From contig OZ252299.1 in the NCBI GenBank assembly GCA_965250285.1, positions 1,472,001 to 1,536,000 of the forward strand: a stretch of DNA of 64,000 nt. Direction: 5' to 3'. The notes below the pieces were generated by a model. That model did not search any database. It worked only from the letters and a program-made list of their open reading frames with translations, and was not told where the DNA came from. Source of the DNA: Myxococcota bacterium (GTDB lineage Bacteria > Myxococcota_A > UBA9160 > UBA4427). Positions 1 through 9,961 of this stretch are shown in pieces. Position 1 is the first letter of the stretch; each line of letters opens with the position of its first letter. The position numbers were made by a program, and so were the translations under genes.

Positions 1-2
1 TC

Positions 3-290
3 GCGATGGGCGAGCGGCTGCGAGCGGGGCTCGATCAGCAGGCGACGGCCCACGGCTATGCGCTTCGACAGACCGGGCCCGCGCAGATGCCGATGGTGCT
101 CTTCGACGAAGACCCGGCCTTCGAGAAGGTGCGCGCGTTCACCGCGCGGGCGATCGGCGAAGGGGTCTACTTTCATCCCTTCCACAACATGTTCCTGTGC
201 GCCGCCCACGGTGAAGCCGAGATCGATCAGGCGCTGACGGGTACCGACCGGGCGTTTGCGTCGATGAAGGCCGATGGGGTCGGTGCGTGA
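3..290 (+). CDS. Class III aminotransferase (glutamate-1-semialdehyde aminomutase-like), C-terminal fragment; 5' end lies outside the window
   Basis: GVYFHPFHNMFLCAAHGEAEIDQAL resembles the C-terminus of GSA-type aminotransferases; frame is open to the window edge. Confidence 0.7.
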   Translation, partial: AMGERLRAGLDQQATAHGYALRQTGPAQMPMVLFDEDPAFEKVRAFTARAIGEGVYFHPFHNMFLCAAHGEAEIDQALTGTDRAFASMKADGVGA

Positions 291-976
291 GCATACCCCG
301 GCCTGCCCGCCAATCGGATCCGGCCCTCGAGGTGCAGACGATCGAAGACGAAGCCGAAGTCGCAGTCGACCCGCCGTTGGGAGACGCCGAGCTCGCGGCC
401 GCGGCGGCGCATGCGCTCGACTGGCATGGCCAGCAGATTCGCAAGGGCAGCGGCGTGCCTTACGTCAGCCATCTGCTTCAGGTGGCCGGCATGGTGCTCG
501 AGCACGGCGGCGACGTCGCACAAGCCATCGCCGGCCTGCTGCACGATGCGCTCGAAGACGCGCCGAGCCCCGCTGAGCGGGCCGCTCGCGAACGGCTGAT
601 CCGGGAGCGATTCGGGTCATCGACGCTCGAGCTGGTGCTCGCCTGTACCGACACCGCGCCCGACGAGAGCATCGAGGACAAGGCGCCGTGGCGTCTGCGA
701 AAGCAGCGGCTGCTCGAGCAGCTCGACCTCGCGAGCGACCGCGCACTGCTGGTCGCCGCCTGCGACCGCTGTCACAACCTGCGCTCGCTCGTGGCCGATC
801 TACGTCGTGATGGCGATGCGATCCTCGCGCGCTTCAACGCCGGACCGGCCGAGCAGCGCTGGCTGCAGGTCGAGTGCTTGGCGCGCTTCGAAGCGCGCGT
901 GCCCGAAGCGCTCGCGCGCGAGTACGAGACGCTCGTCGCCGACTACGCCGTGCTGACGGCCCACCTGGCCGAATAG
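287..976 (+). CDS. HD-domain hydrolase, RelA/SpoT hydrolase-like (Mesh1/small alarmone hydrolase type)
   Basis: HGQQIRKGSGVPYVSHL, AGLLHDALED and DRCHN motifs; no synthetase domain; GTGA overlap with the upstream gene. Confidence 0.8.
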   Translation: MSIPRPARQSDPALEVQTIEDEAEVAVDPPLGDAELAAAAAHALDWHGQQIRKGSGVPYVSHLLQVAGMVLEHGGDVAQAIAGLLHDALEDAPSPAERAARERLIRERFGSSTLELVLACTDTAPDESIEDKAPWRLRKQRLLEQLDLASDRALLVAACDRCHNLRSLVADLRRDGDAILARFNAGPAEQRWLQVECLARFEARVPEALAREYETLVADYAVLTAHLAE

Positions 977-1246
977 CGACTTCAACGGGGGGCGGCGCCC
1001 CGACGCAGCCACGCCGTGAGGCCCTCGTGAGGGAGGTGGCGCGGGCAACGATTCGATCGGATCGCACATGGGCTCGACGGGACGCGACCGGGTAGCGTGG
1101 GCGTCCGGTGTCGGGTGCGGTGCGTGGGGTGGCGGCGCGTGGGCCGGGTGGAGCCGCTGCCCGCTCTCGCCGCCGGCGCTGGGCCCAGCGCCAGAGGCCG
1201 ACAGACCAGATACGCGAGACGAGAATCGAGAGAGGAGAACGACCAC

Positions 1247-1603
1247 GTGGGCATCATCATCATCTCGGGTTGGGTGAGCGTGAACCCGGAGAACCGCGCC
1301 CAGGCGCTCGAAGACGCGAAGCAGTACATGGAGCAGACCCGCGCCCGAGAGGGGTGTCTCGACTACACCTGGACGGGCGACATGCTGATCCCCGATCGCA
1401 TCTACGTCTACGAACGATGGGCCAGCCAAGAGGCGCTCGAGGGCCACTTCGCGAGCCAGCCCTTCGTCGACATGCGCACCGCGATCGCGGCCCACGGCAT
1501 CACGGGACTCGACGTGCAGAAGCACCGGGTCGATCTGAGTGAGGGGGTCTACGACCCGACCGGCGTCCCTCGCGCCGACTTCTTCAGCGAGGGCGAAGGC
1601 TAG
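1247..1603 (+). CDS. Antibiotic biosynthesis monooxygenase (ABM) family protein
   Basis: TRAREGCLDY...IYVYERWASQEALEGHF pattern; GTG at 1247 preceded by GAGGAG. Confidence 0.8.
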   Translation: MGIIIISGWVSVNPENRAQALEDAKQYMEQTRAREGCLDYTWTGDMLIPDRIYVYERWASQEALEGHFASQPFVDMRTAIAAHGITGLDVQKHRVDLSEGVYDPTGVPRADFFSEGEG

Positions 1604-1624
1604 AAGGCGCTGTGCAGCGCGCGC

Positions 1625-1915
1625 TCAGCTGTGCTGGTACGTCGTGTGGCGCGGGCGCCCGCGCAGGATGTTCTCGGCGCCCCAGTTCGTGACCTTCTTG
1701 AAGGCGTCGCTCGCGACGAACGCGTCGAAGGCGTCCTCGCTCGACCACTGTGAGACGATGAGATAGCTCGGCGCCTCGTGGTCGATCTGCTTGTAGATCC
1801 GGCTCTCGCCGTGGCCGTCGATGCCCTCCATGGTCTCGACGACCTTGGCGCAGGCGTCTTCGAAGACCTGCTCCTTGCCTTCGATGACGTCGTAGTTCAT
1901 GCCGATGGTGACCAT
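1625..1915 (-). CDS. ABM family protein (heme-degrading monooxygenase-like fold)
   Basis: GKEQVFE...YLIVSQWSSEDAFDAFVASDAF pattern; GGAGG RBS. Confidence 0.75.
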   Translation of the reverse strand: MVTIGMNYDVIEGKEQVFEDACAKVVETMEGIDGHGESRIYKQIDHEAPSYLIVSQWSSEDAFDAFVASDAFKKVTNWGAENILRGRPRHTTYQHS

Positions 1916-2004
1916 CTCGCCTCCAGGTGGGTTGTTCCCCTGCGCGGGGCAGGCCCACGCGGGTTGCGTGCGTGGGCGGGGCGCCGAACGTAGCGATCGC
2001 GAGC

Positions 2005-2103
2005 GCGCTGCGCTTCGGGCCGCGCGACTGGATTCAGCCGCGCTGCGCTTCGGGCCGAGCGACCGCGTTCAGCCGCGGTGCGCTTCGGGCCGAGCGACCG
2101 CGT

Positions 2104-2118
<15 letters not shown>
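2005..2118. repeat. Tandem repeat, 3 x 35 bp plus a partial copy
   Basis: Units start at 2005, 2040 and 2075 (consensus gcgctgcgcttcgggccgagcgaccgcgttcagcc); partial copy starts at 2110. Confidence 0.9.
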
Positions 2119-3543
<1,425 letters not shown>

Positions 3544-3592
3544 CGAACGTTCCTTTCTCGCTCTCGGGACCCGAACGGCGCGCCTGGTCGGC

Positions 3593-3850
3593 TCAGTCGA
3601 ACATCTTCGTGATCGTCGTGATCAGGCCGATCCATGCGCCGAGGAAGGCGCCTGCGGCGATCTGGCGCGTCAGAGGCCACGTCTCGTCGAACCAGAATGG
3701 GCCGGCGACGGCGCCGACGATCGTGCAGACCCCGATGATGGCGGTGATCCACGGGTGCTGACGCACGAAGGCCAGCGGGCCTCGAGGCGAGGGTGGAGAG
3801 GTCGATTCGGGATCGGTCGTCGGGGCGTCCGCGCGACCGGGGACGACCAT
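3593..3850 (-). CDS. Small hypothetical membrane protein (2 TM), last gene of the oxidase cluster
   Basis: ATG at 3850 overlaps the upstream stop (TGATG); two hydrophobic segments. Confidence 0.65.
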   Translation of the reverse strand: MVVPGRADAPTTDPESTSPPSPRGPLAFVRQHPWITAIIGVCTIVGAVAGPFWFDETWPLTRQIAAGAFLGAWIGLITTITKMFD

Positions 3851-4077
3851 CAGCTTCCGTCGCGGGCGTCGAGCGCCTTGAAGCGGCGATGAATCCAGAA
3901 GATCACCCCGCCCACGATCGCCAACGGCGAGAAGGTCATGAACGCGGTCATCGCGCGGTAGGCGATCGTCGTGTCGGCGTTGCCCGTACCAATGCAGACG
4001 CTGCACGCGAGAGCGAGGCTCGGCGTCCATAGCCACATCAGGGCCACGAGGGCCACGATACCGGGTCGAATGCTCAC
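3850..4077 (-). CDS. Small exported/membrane protein with CxxC immediately after a predicted signal peptide
   Basis: GTG at 4077 overlaps the subunit III stop (GTGA); sequence ...SLALA-CSVC... followed by one TM helix. Confidence 0.7.
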   Translation of the reverse strand: MSIRPGIVALVALMWLWTPSLALACSVCIGTGNADTTIAYRAMTAFMTFSPLAIVGGVIFWIHRRFKALDARDGS

Positions 4078-4664
4078 AGATACACCCTCAGGTAGAGGAA
4101 GGGCCAGATGCCGATCACGAAGTACCAGAGCACCTGCGCGGCGCCGAAGGCGCTGGGGCCGAGCCGCCGACGCGTCAGCTCGCGGTAGCAGTACCAATTG
4201 TACGCAATGGCCCCAACGGCGTGCAGGCCATGCATGCCGACGATCAGGAAGAAGAAGCTGCCGAGCTGGCTCGACACCATCGTCAGCCCCTGGTTCAGCA
4301 GCGCGACCCACTCGGCGCCCTGAAAGACGACGAAGAAGGTGCCGAGCACGATGGAGATCAGGAAGGGCGCGCGGGCGCGGCTCGGATCCTGCCGATAGAC
4401 CCGCCCGGCGCGGTAGAGGAATACGCCGCTCACCAGCAGGGCGAGGGTCGTGAGCGCCGTCGCCTCGGCGGGCAAACGGGGCTGACCGGGCGGCGGCCAG
4501 ATGTCGGCTCCGGCCCGGGCCAGCGTGAATGCGCTGATCAGGCCGAGGAACATCATCGTCTCGGCGATGACGAACGCCAGCATGCCGAGGGTGCCGTTGT
4601 TGATCACCTGGCGGCGCTGGGGCCGCAGGTTCATCTCGAGGCCGCGAACGACGTCTTGGGCCAT
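4074..4664 (-). CDS. Cytochrome c oxidase subunit III family protein (second paralog)
   Basis: GMLAFVIAETMMF, FQGAEW, FFLIVGMHGLH and WYFV..IW motifs. Confidence 0.85.
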   Translation of the reverse strand: MAQDVVRGLEMNLRPQRRQVINNGTLGMLAFVIAETMMFLGLISAFTLARAGADIWPPPGQPRLPAEATALTTLALLVSGVFLYRAGRVYRQDPSRARAPFLISIVLGTFFVVFQGAEWVALLNQGLTMVSSQLGSFFFLIVGMHGLHAVGAIAYNWYCYRELTRRRLGPSAFGAAQVLWYFVIGIWPFLYLRVYL

Positions 4665-4749
4665 GGGGGATCCTCAGGCGGGCGCGATCAGGCTGTTTCG
4701 ATGCCGCCCCCAGCGCCTCGGATGCGGGCGACCGGGGCCGTCGCGGGGC

Positions 4750-5133
4750 TCAGTGGCCGCCCACGTCGTGTCCAGATTCGAGCTTCTCGTTCCAGGCCTC
4801 TTCGCGCTCGATCCACTGCGGCTTGGTCCAGTTGGTGCCCGTATCACGCTGGATGTCGGACGCGATCGCGGAGTAGAAGAGGAACATGAACACCACGCAG
4901 GTCGTCAGCATGTAGACGATGTAGCGCTTCTCGATGTTCAGATGCATGAACCGCGCGGCCACGAGATAGGCCTTGACCACGGCGATCCCGAAAGCGGAGA
5001 TCAGCGTGATTGCGATGATGTCCGTCGCCTTGCCGATCTCGGAGCCGATGAGGCTGATCAGCATGAGCCCCATCAGGATGATGTAGGTCTTGAAGTAGCT
5101 CGGGCCGTGATGCTCTGCGTGTTCTTCGGACAT
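4750..5133 (-). CDS. Cytochrome c oxidase subunit IV (caa3/CyoD-type)
   Basis: AVVKAYLVAARFMHL motif, three TM helices, operon context. Confidence 0.85.
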   Translation of the reverse strand: MSEEHAEHHGPSYFKTYIILMGLMLISLIGSEIGKATDIIAITLISAFGIAVVKAYLVAARFMHLNIEKRYIVYMLTTCVVFMFLFYSAIASDIQRDTGTNWTKPQWIEREEAWNEKLESGHDVGGH

Positions 5134-5142
5134 GTTCTTTCC

Positions 5143-5718
5143 CTACTTCGCGATGTAGAGGAGCGGGAAGAGGAAGATCCACACCAGGTCGACGAAGTGC
5201 CAGTAGATGCCGACGTTCTCGACGCGGTGGAGATGTTCGTTGCGGGCGGCGGTCCGGGCGACCCAGACCATGATGATCGCGCCGACGACGACGTGCGAGG
5301 CGTGGATACCCGCTGCCGTGTAGTAGAACGACCAGAACGTGTTGGCGGTGATCGTGTAGCCCTTGCTGATCTCCATCGTCCACTCGCCCGACTTGATGAT
5401 CAGGAACAGGCAGGCGCCACCGATCGTGAGCCAGAGCCACTTGGCGGCCTCTTTGCCGTTGCCCTCTTCGGCGTGCTTGTGCGCCGTGACGGCGAAGAAG
5501 CTCGACGTCAGCAGCACGACGGTGTTCGTCGCGCCGATGATGACGTTCGTGTGGCCCGCGTGATCGGCCCACTCGCCGTTCGCGAGGCGGAAGAGCAGGT
5601 ACGAGACCAGAACTCCGCCGAAGATCACGATCTCCGAGCCGAGCAGCCACCAGACGGCGAGCTTGCCGGTGCCGATCCCCGTGGCACTTCGATTGGTCGC
5701 AATGGGTGTCGCGCTCAT
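5143..5718 (-). CDS. ctaE: Cytochrome c oxidase subunit III
   Basis: WWLLGSEIVIFG, NTVVLLTSS, GIHASHV and IYWHFVDLVW motifs. Confidence 0.9.
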   Translation of the reverse strand: MSATPIATNRSATGIGTGKLAVWWLLGSEIVIFGGVLVSYLLFRLANGEWADHAGHTNVIIGATNTVVLLTSSFFAVTAHKHAEEGNGKEAAKWLWLTIGGACLFLIIKSGEWTMEISKGYTITANTFWSFYYTAAGIHASHVVVGAIIMVWVARTAARNEHLHRVENVGIYWHFVDLVWIFLFPLLYIAK

Positions 5719-5774
5719 GTGGTCCTCTTCAAGGTCGCCTCGGCCGAGAGCTGCCAGGGCGGTCCGTCAGGTGT

Positions 5775-7484
5775 TCAGTCCTTCTCGTTCTGCGGCCAGT
5801 AGTCCGAGTCACGGCCGGGCACGCTGTACTCGTAGGGGCCGCGGTAGACCGTCGGCAGCTCGCCCGGCCAGTTGCCGTGCGGCGGCGGCGACTCGGTCGT
5901 CCACTCGAGGGTGTTGGCCTTCCAGGGGTTCTTGCCGGCCGGCTTGCCGCTGATCATGCTCTTGATGAGGTTGTAGAAGAAGACCAGCTGGAACCCCAGC
6001 ATCACGACCAGCGACAGGGTGGCGAACACCCGAAGGTTCTGCAGGTCGGGGGTCGCGAGCTCGGGGAAGTGCTCGAAGTTGTAGATGCGTCGGTGCTGGC
6101 CGGCGAGACCGAGCACGAAGAGCGGCAGGAAGATGCCGTTGAACGGGATGATCGTGCCCCAGAAGTGAATCTTGCCCAGGGTCTCGTTCATCATCTTGCC
6201 CGACATCTTCGGGAACCAGTACGTCACGCCGGCGTAGAAGCCGATGATGGCGATCGGGAAGAACGTGTAGTGGAAGTGGGCGAGCACGAAGTACGTGTCG
6301 TGGAAGTAGATGTCGGCACCGCTCGCGCCCAGGAAGATGCCTGTCACGCCGCCGATCAGGAACTCGAACACGAACGCCAGGGCCCAGAGCATCGGCGTCG
6401 AAAGGATGATTCGGCCGCCGTAGAGCGTTGCGATGTAGACGAAGACCATCTCGGCAATCGGAATCGAGATGATGAGCGTCGTGATCGTGAAGATGTGGGC
6501 CATGCGCGGGTCGACGCCCGAAATGAACTGGTGGTGCGCCCACACGAAGAAGCTGATGATGCCCGTCCCGAACGCCGTGTAGAGGATGGTCTTGTGGGCA
6601 AAGATCGGCTTGCGGCTGAACACCGCGATGATCTCGGCGCAGATGCCCATGGTGGGCAGCAGCACGACGTAGACCTCGGGGTGGCCGAAGAACCAGAAGA
6701 GGTGCTGCCAGAGAACCGGGTCGCCGCCGCGATCCGGGTCGAAGAACGCGGTGCCCAGGTTCTGGTCGAACAGCAGCATGACCGCTCCTGCGATCAGCGG
6801 GCCGACCGACACCATGAACATGATGCTGGCGAGCACGATCATCCAGATGACGAGCGGGATGTCGTACATCTTCATGCCCGGCGCACGCGCGTTCATGGCG
6901 GTGGTGATGAAGTTGATGCCTCCGAGCAGGAAGGCGACGAACTCGAGCGCGACGGCCGTCAGCCACAGACTCGATCCGAGTGGTGTGAGGTTGTACTCCG
7001 ACTTCGCGGACAGCGGCGGGTAGGCGGTCCAGGCGCCGCCGAAGGGACCGCCTTCCACGAAGAACGAGCTGATCAGTACGATCACCGACACGAGGAAGAT
7101 CTGGTACGAGAGGCGGTTGAGCTTCGGGAACACCATGTCATCGCAGCCGACCATCAGCGGGATCAGGTAGTTGCCGAAGGCCGCGATCAACACGGGCATC
7201 GCTACCCAGAAGATCATGATCGCGCCGTGGTTCGTGATCAGGCCATTGTACGCGGCGGGGCTCACGAGGCCGTAGCCCGGCACGTCGATGCCCGGGAAGG
7301 CGAGCTGCATGCGGAAGGCGTAGGCGAAGTACCCGCCGATGATCGCCATCAGGGCGCCTGTCCATAGGTACTGCATCGCGATCATCTTGTGGTCCAACGG
7401 GAAGATGTACTTCTCCGTGAACGTCATCTCGTGATGCGCGTGGTCGTCGTGCGCGTGCGGTTCGGCGACGATCGTATCGGCCAT
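5775..7484 (-). CDS. ctaD: Heme-copper oxidase subunit I, A1-like (GHPEVY), with an atypical K-channel
   Basis: DHK, HGAIMIF, DMVFPKLN, WFFGHPEVY, WAHH, AHFHY and the RR pair; start MADT at 7484 with a GAGGG RBS. Confidence 0.95.
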   Translation of the reverse strand: MADTIVAEPHAHDDHAHHEMTFTEKYIFPLDHKMIAMQYLWTGALMAIIGGYFAYAFRMQLAFPGIDVPGYGLVSPAAYNGLITNHGAIMIFWVAMPVLIAAFGNYLIPLMVGCDDMVFPKLNRLSYQIFLVSVIVLISSFFVEGGPFGGAWTAYPPLSAKSEYNLTPLGSSLWLTAVALEFVAFLLGGINFITTAMNARAPGMKMYDIPLVIWMIVLASIMFMVSVGPLIAGAVMLLFDQNLGTAFFDPDRGGDPVLWQHLFWFFGHPEVYVVLLPTMGICAEIIAVFSRKPIFAHKTILYTAFGTGIISFFVWAHHQFISGVDPRMAHIFTITTLIISIPIAEMVFVYIATLYGGRIILSTPMLWALAFVFEFLIGGVTGIFLGASGADIYFHDTYFVLAHFHYTFFPIAIIGFYAGVTYWFPKMSGKMMNETLGKIHFWGTIIPFNGIFLPLFVLGLAGQHRRIYNFEHFPELATPDLQNLRVFATLSLVVMLGFQLVFFYNLIKSMISGKPAGKNPWKANTLEWTTESPPPHGNWPGELPTVYRGPYEYSVPGRDSDYWPQNEKD

Positions 7485-7495
7485 GGCGGTCCCTC

Positions 7496-8230
7496 TCAGT
7501 TCTGGTTGGTCGAGGTCGACAGGGCCTGCTGCTGCGCGGCCAGTTCGATCGAAGGTCTCAACTCGGCGGGCGTGTTCGCAGCCAGCCACGCGTTGTGCTC
7601 GTCGGGGGTCTCGACGATGATGCGAGCGCCCATGACGCCGTGGCCAATGCCGCAAATCTCGGTGCATTGCACGAGGAAGTTGCCCGTCACCGTTGGTTCG
7701 AACCAGCCGGTGATTCGGCGGCCCGGGATCGTGTCCTGCTTCAGCCGAAAGACCGGCACCGAGAAGCTGTGCATGACGTCGCGGCTCTCGAGCTCGAAGT
7801 GGTACAGGGTGTCGACCTTGACGTGCAGGTCATCGACCGTCTTCACGTCGTCCGGCGTGTCGAGTATGCCGTCGAGGCCGGGGTGGACGAAGCTCCAAGC
7901 CCACTGCTGCCCGACGATCCGCACCGTCTCCTGCGCGGGCGGCTGGTCGATCTTGACCTCCTGCCATACGCGCACGGCAGCGACGACGATGAAGACGTCG
8001 CACACCAGCACGAGGTAGTGCGGCCAGCTCACCCAGCGCTTGTGAATCGGATTCGTGCCATCGACGTACTCGGCCTCGCTGCCTTCCTTCGCGCGATATC
8101 TGAAGATCAGATAGAAGAAGGCGGCGACGCAGAGGAAGAACCAGAAGCCCGTGAGGGCCCCGATCAGGTTCACCACGCCGTCGATGTCCGCCGCGAAGGT
8201 GGAGGCCTGCGTGAGATAGCGTTCGATCAT
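7496..8230 (-). CDS. ctaC: Cytochrome c oxidase subunit II (CuA)
   Basis: GQQWAW, DVMHSF and the CTEICGIGHGVM CuA motif; two TM helices. Confidence 0.95.
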   Translation of the reverse strand: MIERYLTQASTFAADIDGVVNLIGALTGFWFFLCVAAFFYLIFRYRAKEGSEAEYVDGTNPIHKRWVSWPHYLVLVCDVFIVVAAVRVWQEVKIDQPPAQETVRIVGQQWAWSFVHPGLDGILDTPDDVKTVDDLHVKVDTLYHFELESRDVMHSFSVPVFRLKQDTIPGRRITGWFEPTVTGNFLVQCTEICGIGHGVMGARIIVETPDEHNAWLAANTPAELRPSIELAAQQQALSTSTNQN

Positions 8231-8317
8231 TGTGTTCCGTCCCGATCTCTTGGGCGTGTTTCGGTTGGCCGTCTCGCTCGTCCCATTGAGCTTCGCGAGA
8301 CGCGCCGACTTGCCGAC

Positions 8318-8422
8318 CTACCAGACGAAGAGCACCACCGCGCCCACCCACAGGACGAAGCCGGCCATCGTAAGGATGAAGGTGCGAATCGCGAGGTCAT
8401 CGGGTTCGTAGCTCTTGGCCAT
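8318..8422 (-). CDS. 34-aa single-TM peptide (MAKSYEPDDLAIRTFILTMAGFVLWVGAVVLFVW), below the ORF-track cutoff
   Basis: ATG at 8422 with a GGAG RBS, TAG at 8318-8320, high-GC3 codons, lies within the oxidase operon. Confidence 0.75.
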   Translation of the reverse strand: MAKSYEPDDLAIRTFILTMAGFVLWVGAVVLFVW

Positions 8423-8476
8423 TGTGTCAGCTCCGATGCGGGCCCGGCAGGGCGCGCGGGTCGCGGGCGCGCGGCC

Positions 8477-9118
8477 CTATTGAGTTCTCAGCTGCTCGAT
8501 GTACGCGATCACGTCGAGGATCGCCTGGTCGTCGGGGAGCGTGTACGACATGCCCCGCATTTGTGCGCCGAGCGCGTCGTTCGGGTTGCCGCCCCGCACG
8601 CCCGCCTTGAAGTTCGAGAGCTGCGTCTTGAGATACCAGTCGCTGCTCATGTTGAGCGGCGGTGCGTTGAGCACCTCGTTGCCCTCGCCCTTGGGCCCGT
8701 GGCACGCGGCGCAGGTGGCGTAGTACTGCTCGCCGCGCGCCGGGTCACCGCCCTCGAGCTGGGCATCGGGGTCGACCGGCGGCAGGCTGGCGACGAAGGC
8801 GGCGACGTCGGTCACGTCCTCCTCCGTGCGCAGGGTGAGCGCCATCGGCCGCATGCGCATGCCGGCAATGTCGTCGAAGTGCGTGCCGCGCAGCCCGTCG
8901 CGGAACTTGTTCAGCTGGCGCTCCGCGTACCAGGCCGGCAGGCCGGCGATGTCGGGGGCGAGGTACGTGCGGTTGCCCTGGCCATCGTCACCGTGGCACT
9001 GCGTGCAGAGAGCCCAGAGGTTCTCTCCCCGTGCCAGGTCCTGCGCGAGCGCGGGGCCTGCGAGGAGCAAGCCTCCGAGTGCCGCGGCCGTGGCGAATGC
9101 GATCAGTGACCTTCTCAA
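8477..9118 (-). CDS. Dihaem cytochrome c (c4-like)
   Basis: Signal peptide, CTQCH and CAACH haem motifs, Met distal ligands (MRPMA, MRGMS). Confidence 0.9.
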   Translation of the reverse strand: MRRSLIAFATAAALGGLLLAGPALAQDLARGENLWALCTQCHGDDGQGNRTYLAPDIAGLPAWYAERQLNKFRDGLRGTHFDDIAGMRMRPMALTLRTEEDVTDVAAFVASLPPVDPDAQLEGGDPARGEQYYATCAACHGPKGEGNEVLNAPPLNMSSDWYLKTQLSNFKAGVRGGNPNDALGAQMRGMSYTLPDDQAILDVIAYIEQLRTQ

Positions 9119-9471
9119 GCCGTTGTCCTTCCCGTCCGTTGCTTCCGCGGCCCGTCGCGCCCATGCGCGCTCCGCGTTCTCTCTCGTTTCGCTGCACGTT
9201 CTCGGCGCGTTCGAGTCGCCTGCACTGCGTCGGGGCGTTGCTCCTGCTCCCGACCGGCTCGCTCCCTCTCGCGTCGATGACTTTCGCTCGTGCCCTCTCG
9301 GCTCAGTGGCGTCCCTGCCCTCGAACGTCCAGAACCCCCGCTGGCAGCTGCACCGGGTTCGATCGACGGCGGCTTCGCCCCGTCGGTCGGCGACCCGCCG
9401 ACACCGAAGAGTGCAGCAAGAACGGCGGCTTGGGTCGGTTCCTCCACGCGGGGCAGACGCGTCGGGGCGGA

Positions 9472-9500
9472 GGATTACCGATGGCTCCGAGACGCGTCAA
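9472..9500 (-). promoter_or_regulatory. Possible sigma-70 promoter for the oxidase operon
   Basis: TTGACG-N17-TAATCC on the minus strand, about 350 nt upstream of the cytochrome c start; the -10 element is imperfect. Confidence 0.3.
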
Positions 9501-9961
9501 GGGCGCGAAAGCGCTGGGAAACAGGGGATCCACGGCCTCGCCTGCCGACCCGATCGGGCGCCGCCCGTCGCGTCGAGATCCGGCGGTGGATGCGCGCTCG
9601 AGTCGGATCAGCGAAGGGCCGCTCGGGCCGCTCTCGCAGCCATTCCCGCCCGTTTCGTCGAGGTCGCGCACCCCGATGGCCACCGCTGTCCAGGGCGGCT
9701 CGGGCTGCGCGGCGGGCGCGCGTCCGGCCCCGGCCGGGTGATTCACGCAACGATTGGCTGCGCGAGTTGTGGCGCACCGCCGTGCGTCGGGGTGACGCCC
9801 GCGTTGCTTGCGGTGAAGCCCCATCGGTATCGTCGTGCGCCGCCCCGGGACGCGGCGCGGGCATCTGTCGAGCGCGCAGAGACCTCACCACGCGGGGCGC
9901 GCGACATCATCCAGCGATTCAGGTCGCCCGGCCTGCGCGGCAGGCCGAGGAAGTCGAGGAC

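Noticed and set aside
5775..7484. Subunit I as a nitric oxide reductase or a pseudogene
   Set aside because: It retains the HPEVY cross-link Tyr, the D-channel, a CuA partner and intact reading frames across the operon; an O2 reductase is the simpler call
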